A DNA stretch of 64,000 nucleotides. Origin: Cyanophora paradoxa CCMP329 (Eukaryota > Plantae > Glaucophyta). The notes below the pieces were generated by a model. It saw only the letters and a list, made by a program, of their open reading frames with translations. It ran no database searches and had not been told where the DNA came from. The position numbers and the translations under genes were made by a program. The stretch lies in the NCBI GenBank assembly GCA_004431415.1, contig QPMI01000064.1:248001-312000 (forward strand). The letters run 5' to 3'. Positions 13,301 through 22,087 of the stretch are shown piece by piece. Each line of letters opens with the position of its first letter. Within the stretch, counting starts at the first letter, position 1.

Positions 13301-16300
13301 CGATCGAGCGCGAGTCAGAAGATTCGATAAGCGTAGAGTTTGAACAGCAAATTGGAATTCGAAGCGTAGCTTATATACGCGCGTGCGGAAGCTATATTGT
13401 ACATGAATGTATGCAGGCCTGCCGGCGCCGGCGCCGCGCACGTGCACGTGTACCTACGCGTACTGTACACGTGCACGTGCTATATATAGATATATATATA
13501 TATACTATAAATATAGATATACCACCTGATAGGCCTCGGGACATGGTTAAGCGTGCACGAGTGCGGACGGCGCGCGCGGTTGCATTTATATATGCATATA
13601 TACTATTATACTAGTACTACTGATATGACTGAGTGATCATAAATAATATTAATACGTAAGTAGCTATCAATAGGTTATGCACCCCAGTTGGTTCAGATTT
13701 GCATGCTTTTATGCGTATATACGGTATATACGAACGCACGGCGGCAATCTCAGAGAACTCGACGGCGGACGCGCAGATGTCCGTCTTGAGGTCGTACTCG
13801 CCTGCCGCGCGCGGTATTCATGATCATACATATGCGTGCTCAGAATAGGAGTTTGAAAGTGCCGCAGTACTAGTGCGCGTTCTCGGCGAGACGCACATAC
13901 AGCCCAGACGCCGGTGGCGGTCCGTCCAACCACCGCCAGCCGCGTGGCGCTCGTCCCAGGCGTTTCTCCGCCGAGCGGCCCGAGCTGGACGACGAATGCA
14001 ATCTCCTTGAGTTTCCCACGCAGGCTCACGTCCCCTGCGGTCGCTGATGTCAGAATTGTCGCCAATGTCCAGAGCTAGCTGCAGGTCTGATCGTGCGAAG
14101 CTTAAGGGCCTACCGGCTTTCGTTTGCATAGGGTGGGCGAGAAGGAGAGCCCAGAACAGGACAATCAGACTGCATGTAGTGGTTCGAGTCAACGTGCTAT
14201 GTATGCGTGCTAGAGCTGTATGCGTGCTCGCCATCATGTAAATGTCTCGCTTATGATCGTGCATGTACATGTATGCCTATACGGATGCCTCTGCGCCGCC
14301 GCCACTGGGCCAGGCACTCGGCACCGTGTGGGAAGGTACTTGGCACTGAAACTTCGGAAGGTATAAGCCTACGTATACTGCAACACTGGGCCAGGTTGTT
14401 CGCTGGGCTTCTCAGCAGACTCGGCGGCGAGTCGGCGCTAGCTGCAGCCTGCAGATCCGATGATCCGATGATCTAAAGTCTAGCCTTCTGTAGTACCGGT
14501 ATAGAAGATCTCGCCGAGTCGGAGACGCGCCGACCTCAGTGACCGTCGGACCTGCAGCCTGAGGCTGGCCCGACCACCGCCGAGTCGGCGCCGACCGCGG
14601 CCGGTACCACCGTACCAGGCTCCCAGCCTCGAGTCCCAGACTCCCAGGCTGAGCCTGGGGCCCTGGACCTGATATCGATGGCACCGTTGCGCATGCATAT
14701 CATAGTAGTATATGCATGGACTCCGGGAGTGCCATGGCCCAGTGGACCGGGACGGTGAATCGTCGGTGATGGACCAGCAATGGTCCAGACCGTCCAGCAT
14801 GGTGGGCATTGCAATTGGTGGCAGGCGTGCACTGCCGTGCATGCGCAGTCTCTGAGACTCTGACTCAGTGAGTCACTGTCCGACGGTCACGTCTGTCACG
14901 AGTCACGACTCACTGAGTCAATGATCATGATCATTGGATCATGATTCATGAGTCGAGTCATGATCATGATCAGGATTCATGAGGCTCATGACTCAGTGAG
15001 TTGCCAGAGACTCTGAGAGTTGGGTGAGCACTGACTCTGCAGCTGCCACTGGGCCAGTGACTGCCACTGAGCACTAGGGCTGTGGTCGCTGGTAGGGCTG
15101 GGCCGGTGGCGGCCGGTGGCAGTGGCAACCTCCCACCGACCGACCGGGTGGAAAATCTGGCCCACCGCCATACAACGCCCGGTACCATACAAATTAAAAT
15201 TCTAGGGGGGTAGGCTCGCAAAAATGTCATATTCTCGCGCGCGAAAGTTTCATATTCCTCATCACTGAATTCGCACACACCGAGACAGTACAGCTAGTGA
15301 TGTAACTGGGGTGTCTGACTGTGTCATGTCGAAAGGTAACAATTTAGGCTAAGGCGCAATGCTAGCCATCAGAAACCGGACAGGGTGGAGCTATTGTACT
15401 GAGGAAAGCGACCTACACACACCTAGCAACGCTACTTACTCCTACCTAGAGAGCCAAATCAGGACAGAGCAACCATAACCCCCCCTCAAGACGTGGGAGC
15501 CTACAGGAGAGAACCCAGGTATAAGCGAGGATATGGGGTTGGAGCCGCGCAGCCTGAACTATAGCCCTCCATCTGATAGGGAAGATGCACACTAAGGGAA
15601 CAAAGCCAGCTAACCCAGGGAGGGCCGGAAACCGGAGCCCGTGAGAGCCCGGGTGAAAACCGGCGGGCGCACAGCGTCGCCAGCCGAGACCAGCAAGCTG
15701 TGCTCCTCGGCCGAGAGATACCTCCTCCAGCTGGCGCGCGTGCGCACGCGGAATCCGCTGCGGCGGGGGTTGGGAGGCCCCGGGCCGCCCGAGTGCTCAG
15801 AAGCACATCGCCTCGCCAGGAATCCAAGCATCTGTGCGGCCGCGACGCCCACGGCCGCGACGCGGGCGTGCACTCACACGACCGACGATCATCTGCGCGG
15901 GCGCAGCGCAGGTCGCCGACCCCATAGCCGCGGGCGGCCGATCGCTACCGCAGAGAAGTGCTTGGGCTGAACGAGAGAGCAGCTGCTAAAGCCGCCGCTG
16001 GTGTCCGCTGGAGTGGCTCGCCGAACCGACCCACGGAGCGGATTCCTAACGGACGCGCGGCTAACCAGCTAAAGGAGGGATGGAGGCGCCGCCGAGGCGA
16101 TTCGCGGCAGCCGGAGAGGCGCCCAGCGGGCAGGAGCCCGCCACCTACTTTCTCTCCAGGTCGGGGTACGCGAATCCAAAGTTTCATATTCCGTACTCAC
16201 CCAGCAAAGTGCTGCTTAGTTCATCTTCCTCCGCTCCTGCCTTGCAATCGTGAATGACGTCGGAGCCCAAGGAAGCTGACGTCGACGCCATCGATATCGA

Positions 16301-16755
16301 TATCCCGTACCCCGCCTGAGCACCAACCACCCCGGCCTCCCCCACAACTGGCTTGAACCCGCCCCAAAGCACTCGCTTTATAATAATTTAGATAGTAGGC
16401 GCGTATACGTAGCGCCTTGAAGCTGTGCCCTCCGGCCTTTGTTCTTGATACCGGACCGCCGCCTTTGCCTTCGTCTTCTGCTTCGCTGGTCGTATCCCGC
16501 CGGCGCCTGTTGTTAAGGGGAGGACCCCCCCTCAAACCAGACCGCCCCCCAAAGTCTGGTTTTACCTTCAGGGCTCCACCCCTTCTAGCGTCATCAATTA
16601 ACGATTTCCCTGAAAACAGTTAGACGTGCCAATTAGGCGTGTTGTTCGCTATATTACAGATTCATTGTTAGCTAGGCGTGTGCCAGTGTATTTTTGAATC
16701 GATATCTGTCATAAAGACATCTCAATGCAACATATAAATTGGAGATTGTGCTGCA

Positions 16756-17295
16756 ATGGAGACAAACATTCCTGTTGGTTCTACGGTGATTCAAATCAAG
16801 TCGGGTAGCAAGCATTATCAGTTGCTAGTTTCCGAGTTCGATAAAGACTTGCTTGCTGGATGGAGGATAACTGCATCTCCGGATGGATATCCCGAAGCAT
16901 CCAAACCACGGGATAAAGGATCAAAAGAATGGCTCAAAGTGCGCGATGTGATCCTTGGTAAAGCGAGTCCAGGATTTGTGCACTTGTCGCTGAATGGTGA
17001 TAAAATGGACTGTCGCAGAGAAAACCTTCGTACTGTGACGAAAGCGCAGCACCACCTTTATAATCGTTCGGGTATGCGAACAAGAAACACCAGTGGGTAT
17101 GTAGGTGTGATGTTTTTAGAAAAGAAAAACAAATGGCGCGCTAACTGCTCAAGAAGTGAGATACAAAAGACGATCGGTGAGTTTGAAACTGCAGAGCTCG
17201 CAGCGCGTGCCTACGATCAGTACGTTATTGATCATACTCCTGAGGCTGATCGTCAATTTCTGCATCTGAACTTCCCACAAATATCCCTGTTGTAA
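16756..17295 (+). CDS. HNH endonuclease-AP2 domain protein (left TIR copy)
   Basis: HNH_3-like HLSLNGDKMDCRRENLRTVT, then AP2-like NTSGYVGV...KWRA...IGEFETAELAARAYD. Confidence 0.85.
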   Translation: METNIPVGSTVIQIKSGSKHYQLLVSEFDKDLLAGWRITASPDGYPEASKPRDKGSKEWLKVRDVILGKASPGFVHLSLNGDKMDCRRENLRTVTKAQHHLYNRSGMRTRNTSGYVGVMFLEKKNKWRANCSRSEIQKTIGEFETAELAARAYDQYVIDHTPEADRQFLHLNFPQISLL

Positions 17296-17304
17296 AGGGC
17301 GGAC

Positions 17305-17436
17305 TGTTGTAAAGGGGAGGACCCCCCTCAAACCAGACCGCCCCCCAAAGTCTGGTTTTACCATCAGGGGTCCACCCCTATAAGCGTGATCATTGAGCGA
17401 AATTAGTGAGCTAGAGTAGACGTGTTGATTAGGCGT
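17305..17436 (+). repeat. Internal direct copy of the viral terminus (homologous to 16508-16640; mirrored at 41091-41222)
   Basis: TGTTGTAAAGGGGAGGACCCCCCTCAAACCAGACCGCCCCCCAAAGTCTGGTTTTACC nearly identical to the terminus; similarity continues to TAGACGTG..ATTAGGCGT. Confidence 0.9.
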
Positions 17437-17525
17437 TAGTTTAGGGAGATATCGGAACTGAGTTTAGGAGGGCGTGTGTGGGTGTACTTGGGGCCCCGGT
17501 TGCTTGCGCGCGGTCTGCTGCGGCC

Positions 17526-17894
17526 TCAATCATCTTCTTCCACGATGATCAATGTTTTTTCTGTAGAAGTTCTCCTATGCCTTGGTGAATCGTGTCTTTG
17601 GGCATTCCTGAAATTGAACGGGAGCAGAGCCAAATTTTGCATTGGAGTTTTAGGGATCGCATGCCCATGGGTCCCAGGCCACGAGCTCCGTCTATCAGTA
17701 GGAACTAGCCAGGGCACAGGGGAGTCTGTTCGAGATTGTTCACAGGGCGACACTGACCGAGAAGTGTTCGGAGTTCCATCAGTGCCGTCGGTTTCTGAGA
17801 TATTTAGATCAATAGTTGTTTCGCAGCAGCTGCTCTTGAGATTGCTTGTGATGTGAAGGTGAAACATGTCAAGACATCTCCTTATCAAATCCAT
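17526..17894 (-). CDS. Hypothetical viral protein (122 aa)
   Basis: ORF co-oriented with the fibre cluster; its stop codon coincides with the inner TIR boundary. Confidence 0.55.
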   Translation of the reverse strand: MDLIRRCLDMFHLHITSNLKSSCCETTIDLNISETDGTDGTPNTSRSVSPCEQSRTDSPVPWLVPTDRRSSWPGTHGHAIPKTPMQNLALLPFNFRNAQRHDSPRHRRTSTEKTLIIVEEDD

Positions 17895-17930
17895 TCATAG
17901 TACTTGTTGCACATAAAAGAATGAAGATCT

Positions 17931-18764
17931 CTAAGGATTAGGATCAGCCCCACCAATTGGGAAATAACGATTCGAATTGAAGGTCTCACCGTACTTAACA
18001 CCATTTGCAATCACATCTGTTCTTTCGGCAAATAGAATAATTTTGTAGGCCCCCATGAGCGTAGCCCTCACAATAAACTGGTAATCTTCAACCCCCACTG
18101 GAGTAGAATGGAAAGCGACACCGAAATTGTCAATAGGATTAATTAAAACAGCTATGTTTGGCCGGAGAGCATCGTTTCTCCTACAAAGGAAGTAGATATC
18201 CGGGGGAATATCAACAACACTCTTGAAATGATTTCCGAGTGGCTGAACGTTATCTACGATCGATGTTTGCTCATTTATGTTTAGCGTGAAGACTTTGATG
18301 ATATAAGGCGAATTCATAGAAGGCACATAGGTTCGAATTCTTTCATTTACGTTTTCAGGGTTGGGTTGATCATTAACAAATATAGGGGCACAAGCAGCTC
18401 CGCCCACTCTCAGGCCGTCTCCTATATAAGCACCTCCAAATCTGCAGGTCAAAGCTCCTATTCTTGATTCGTAGGTAAAAGTATTAACCTTGTTAGCGTC
18501 GTCATAGCTATCAGGATCGCCATAATGCGCATTAAAATTAGCATTAGTTACAAGGAGATTAGTCGTTTTAATAGTGCCATTATTTTTGTCACATCGAACC
18601 TCTCCTAAACGTAATATGTGATTCTCCCGGAAGGTGTTTAAAGTTGGCTGCTGCTCTGTGGACTCTAGGCCAGGCACATCATCTGAAACTGCATGCTGCA
18701 GGACGTGGTTGGCTGGAGCGGCGAGGGTCAACGATGGAACTACTATTCTTTCAACAGCTTCCAT
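17931..18764 (-). CDS. Fibre-like virion protein, paralogue 4 (shared N-domain; phage tail-fibre-like C-terminal domain)
   Basis: N-term HAVSDDVPGLESTE...ILRLGEVRCDKNNGTIKTTNLLVTN...GGAYIGDG shared with three neighbours; C-term KIILFAERTD. Confidence 0.7.
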   Translation of the reverse strand: MEAVERIVVPSLTLAAPANHVLQHAVSDDVPGLESTEQQPTLNTFRENHILRLGEVRCDKNNGTIKTTNLLVTNANFNAHYGDPDSYDDANKVNTFTYESRIGALTCRFGGAYIGDGLRVGGAACAPIFVNDQPNPENVNERIRTYVPSMNSPYIIKVFTLNINEQTSIVDNVQPLGNHFKSVVDIPPDIYFLCRRNDALRPNIAVLINPIDNFGVAFHSTPVGVEDYQFIVRATLMGAYKIILFAERTDVIANGVKYGETFNSNRYFPIGGADPNP

Positions 18765-18792
18765 TTTAGAAAACAGAAGATAAAACTTTCAT

Positions 18793-19641
18793 TTAAGGTA
18801 TAGGATTTTCCGGATTGCCTTCCTCATACATATTATTCAGTGCTGGATCAACGTTCAGCCCTCTAGTAGCCACTGATGCAGCCACATCGGAGCGATAGCC
18901 GATGATTAGGATAGAGTATCGGCCTATCGCAGTAGCATATAAATCGAAAAGGTGCCTTGTATTAATATTACGAACAACGTATCCACGTCCTGCGTGTCCT
19001 AGACCCTGTACAAAGAACGTGTAAACATGGCCTATTTGATCATTTTGATCTTGACAGAGCGATTGAAGTGCCTTGGGGATTTCTCTGTTTGAAAGCAGCC
19101 TCTCACCGTCCAGACCATTTGGTGTACTTGAATTTGCTATGGTTATCTCAACCTCTACTAGAGCTTGTGCATAGGGAAGGTCACAGCAAGGTACATACAT
19201 GCGAACTCGTTTACGATTTTCAACATTCTCTACTGAAAAATCCGGCACATCATTGATGGCAATTGATGATGACAGCCCTCCACTGACTCTGCAGGCTCCG
19301 GTGATAGCTGCTCCACCGGAGCGCACAGTGAGGGCAGCAGTGTTTTGATCATAGTTTATGCTTCGGAGGTCAACACTGTACGAATCAACTCCTCCTGTTA
19401 TGGGCTGGGAGAAATTGGCATTTGTAACTAATAATCTAGTTGTTTTGACAACTCCAGAGTTTTTATCTGCACGCAATTCTTTACACCGAATCACCGATCG
19501 CTGATCAAATGCATTAGTTGAATTTGGACGCTCGGTGGACTCCAAACCAGCAATAGCATCACTAACTTCATGCTGCCTCATATGGATGGCTGGGGAGCCC
19601 AGCGAGTAGATAGGTAGTTGGACCCGATTGTACTCGGTCAT
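18793..19641 (-). CDS. Fibre-like virion protein, paralogue 3 (likely start MTEYNR)
   Basis: HEVSDAIAGLESTE...VIRCKELRADKNSGVVKTTRLLVTN; C-term ILIIGYRSD, similar to paralogue 4. Confidence 0.7.
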   Translation of the reverse strand: MTEYNRVQLPIYSLGSPAIHMRQHEVSDAIAGLESTERPNSTNAFDQRSVIRCKELRADKNSGVVKTTRLLVTNANFSQPITGGVDSYSVDLRSINYDQNTAALTVRSGGAAITGACRVSGGLSSSIAINDVPDFSVENVENRKRVRMYVPCCDLPYAQALVEVEITIANSSTPNGLDGERLLSNREIPKALQSLCQDQNDQIGHVYTFFVQGLGHAGRGYVVRNINTRHLFDLYATAIGRYSILIIGYRSDVAASVATRGLNVDPALNNMYEEGNPENPIP

Positions 19642-19672
19642 TTGATAGAAACGCGAGAGAAAAAAATAGGCT

Positions 19673-19939
19673 TCACGGCTCTTCTGTGACATTGTTATAC
19701 TCGATTGCCTTTTTTACAGTTCCCCTTTGGAAAGCCTGTAAAACAATAGCCTCCTTTGAGGATGGTATTTGAATACCACCTGAGATGCAAGACTGGATCT
19801 CTTTCTGAACAATCTCATCAATTGCAATTCTTGCTCTGTTGTGGGCTGCATTATCAATCCAATCCTGAACAGAAGCAGCGCAATATTCCATTCCCAATTT
19901 CTCAGTATCTGAGAGAATCACTTGGTATATATTCGACAT
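19673..19939 (-). CDS. Small protein resembling phage tail-fibre-associated hypothetical proteins (likely start MSNIYQ)
   Basis: Motif QDWIDNAAHNRARIAIDEIV...GIQIPSSKEAIVLQAF resembles, from memory, small proteins next to C1q fibre genes in marine phages. Confidence 0.6.
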   Translation of the reverse strand: MSNIYQVILSDTEKLGMEYCAASVQDWIDNAAHNRARIAIDEIVQKEIQSCISGGIQIPSSKEAIVLQAFQRGTVKKAIEYNNVTEEP

Positions 19940-19961
19940 TCCTATTTTATGATAAGAAAAT

Positions 19962-20990
19962 TTATGTAATGCTGATAAGCTCACCTGCAAATGCTGTTTT
20001 GGAAGTATAAACCCCATTTGAATTTGTTACAAGTGTTACATATTCGTTAGCAGCAATGTAAAGAATACAATTAAGCGAAATGGTTTTGTATCCAGCAGTG
20101 TTTGAAGCAATTACATTTATTGCAACTCCACTTGGGTTTGCATCATTTACTTGAAGAGTGAGCTCTATGGGTAGTGATGAGGCTTGTGAGTAGGTAACTG
20201 CTGAAAAACGGTAATGCCCTGAAACAGGAGCAGTAAATCTCCCATTAGCAACTGCAAAATGATTTGTAGGATGATTCAGTTGAACAATTCCCCAATTTAT
20301 CAAAGCAGTGGCGCTTGTTGCTGTATGATTATAGTTTAGCTGAACACAAAACCGTGGTTGGGAATGATATTTTAAATAGTTCTGTGTGTTGATTGTCAGA
20401 CAGTTGGATTCAAGCAACGCCACAGTATTGCTATTTCTTTTCAGCAGCAGATTTGTGGCTGATCCAGTATCTATTTCAGGGGTAATTACTTTTGTTGATG
20501 CTTGGACTATCTGTTGAGATTGATTTGGTATGGAAATACCAGCAGGTGCAGTAACAAGACCAGTAAAAGAACTTGTTCCTGTTATACTTACCTGAGTTGC
20601 TGTAAGAGTTCCATCAATTCTTGCACCATCTCCTATGTATGCACCTCCACTTTTAACGACAAGAGCAGAATTATTGCTTGTGTTATCAAAAGTAACTATT
20701 TTAGGTGTGGTGACTCCTCCCACATCATCATATATCGCGGAATCAGAAACAATCTGACCTGATTGAACTTGGTTCTTGTTTGATACAATGAGACCTGTGG
20801 CTCTCACTTTACCTCCGTTTCTATCACATCTTACTTCTTTGCATCTTATGACTGAGTTTTGAGAGAATGAATCCGCTCCTGTGGTCTCTGTGCAAATAAA
20901 CCCAGGTGTTGCATCTGTAACAGTGTGGTTAAGTTGATGTATTTTTGGGGCTGCGTAACAGAAAACAGGGACTGCTATTTGAGTGGTCAT
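19962..20990 (-). CDS. Fibre-like protein with C-terminal C1q/TNF-like head, paralogue 2
   Basis: Shared N-domain plus C1q signature FAVANGRFTAPVSGHYRFS. Confidence 0.8.
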   Translation of the reverse strand: MTTQIAVPVFCYAAPKIHQLNHTVTDATPGFICTETTGADSFSQNSVIRCKEVRCDRNGGKVRATGLIVSNKNQVQSGQIVSDSAIYDDVGGVTTPKIVTFDNTSNNSALVVKSGGAYIGDGARIDGTLTATQVSITGTSSFTGLVTAPAGISIPNQSQQIVQASTKVITPEIDTGSATNLLLKRNSNTVALLESNCLTINTQNYLKYHSQPRFCVQLNYNHTATSATALINWGIVQLNHPTNHFAVANGRFTAPVSGHYRFSAVTYSQASSLPIELTLQVNDANPSGVAINVIASNTAGYKTISLNCILYIAANEYVTLVTNSNGVYTSKTAFAGELISIT

Positions 20991-21012
20991 TCTTTATATT
21001 ACACAGACAATT

Positions 21013-22068
21013 TTATGTTAAACTCACAAGCATTCCACCAAAAAGTAAACGGGAGGGATATGTTGAGTAAGGATAATAAAGTTGTATAGAGTCATTTTCG
21101 GAAAGATTTATCAAAATATCAAGTCCATAGCAAGTGACTCCAGCTTTTTCTTGGTTGTAAACTTGAAATCCGGTGTCTGCTCCGTTTTTGTATAACATTA
21201 AATAAAATATAGTCGACGAAGTTCCAATTGAGAAGAAGAACCTATAACATCCAGCGATTGGTGCTGTAAAAGTTCCTGTTGTAGGATCAAAGCAATTTCC
21301 CTGATCTACCAACTCTGTCCCATAAGAAGTTATTGGACCACTTCCAGAAGGAATGGTGAAAGTTAAAGCTCCATTTGGCGATTGCTTTGCGGCGAAAAAT
21401 CTTGGACAACCATTTCGTTTTAGATACTTTTCGTTTGATAGTGTCAGAGTCTCGTAATGAGTGGGTGTCTGTAAATTGGAAGGTATCTTTTCAAGAGAGA
21501 AAATTGTTATACCATTCCTTTTATAGTTCATATTCAAATCGGCACCATTATCTATCTCAGGTGCATTGACCCTTGTAGTAGCTGTGAGAGTTCCATATTG
21601 GATACTTCCTGAGAGACCACCATTCAACGACATTAATCCTGTAAATGAGCTTGTCCCACTCACATTTAATTGATTTGCTGTGACAGTGCCCACTACATTA
21701 GCTCCATCACCAATATAGGCTCCACCACTCCTGACCACAAGAGCCGAGTTATTGATTGTGTTATCGAAAGTAACTATCTGTGCTGTGCTAAATCCACCAA
21801 AATTATCATAGACTGCCGAATCGGGGACTACCTGGCCTGCTTGAACCTGATTTTTATTCGAGATAATAATTCCTGTGGTTCTTATCTTGCCTCCATTTCG
21901 GTCACAGCGTATTTCTTTGACTCTCAGTATATTGGTTTCGGTTAAGGAGGTATTGCTTGCTGTTTCGGTGCAGATATTTCCAGGTGTAGAATCAACTACT
22001 TCATGAGAGGTGCTGTGTAGTGATTTTGCTGCAAGTTCATAGTTTGGAATCTCTAAAAGGGAGGTCAT
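21013..22068 (-). CDS. Fibre-like protein with C-terminal C1q/TNF-like head, paralogue 1 (likely start MTSLLE)
   Basis: Shared N-domain plus C1q signature CFDPTTGTFTAPIAGCYRFFF. Confidence 0.8.
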   Translation of the reverse strand: MTSLLEIPNYELAAKSLHSTSHEVVDSTPGNICTETASNTSLTETNILRVKEIRCDRNGGKIRTTGIIISNKNQVQAGQVVPDSAVYDNFGGFSTAQIVTFDNTINNSALVVRSGGAYIGDGANVVGTVTANQLNVSGTSSFTGLMSLNGGLSGSIQYGTLTATTRVNAPEIDNGADLNMNYKRNGITIFSLEKIPSNLQTPTHYETLTLSNEKYLKRNGCPRFFAAKQSPNGALTFTIPSGSGPITSYGTELVDQGNCFDPTTGTFTAPIAGCYRFFFSIGTSSTIFYLMLYKNGADTGFQVYNQEKAGVTCYGLDILINLSENDSIQLYYPYSTYPSRLLFGGMLVSLT

Positions 22069-22087
22069 CTTTATAATTACGAAATAG

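Larger units (their letters stand above)
16508..17528 (+). repeat. Left terminal inverted repeat (1021 bp)
   Basis: Reverse complement of 40999-42019; both copies encode an identical 179-aa ORF. Confidence 0.95.

Noticed and set aside
16498-16507. TIR apparently extending 10 bp further (16498 and 42029)
   Set aside because: Explained by the palindromic target plus the GGCGCC TSD; the true ends are TGTTG/CAACA
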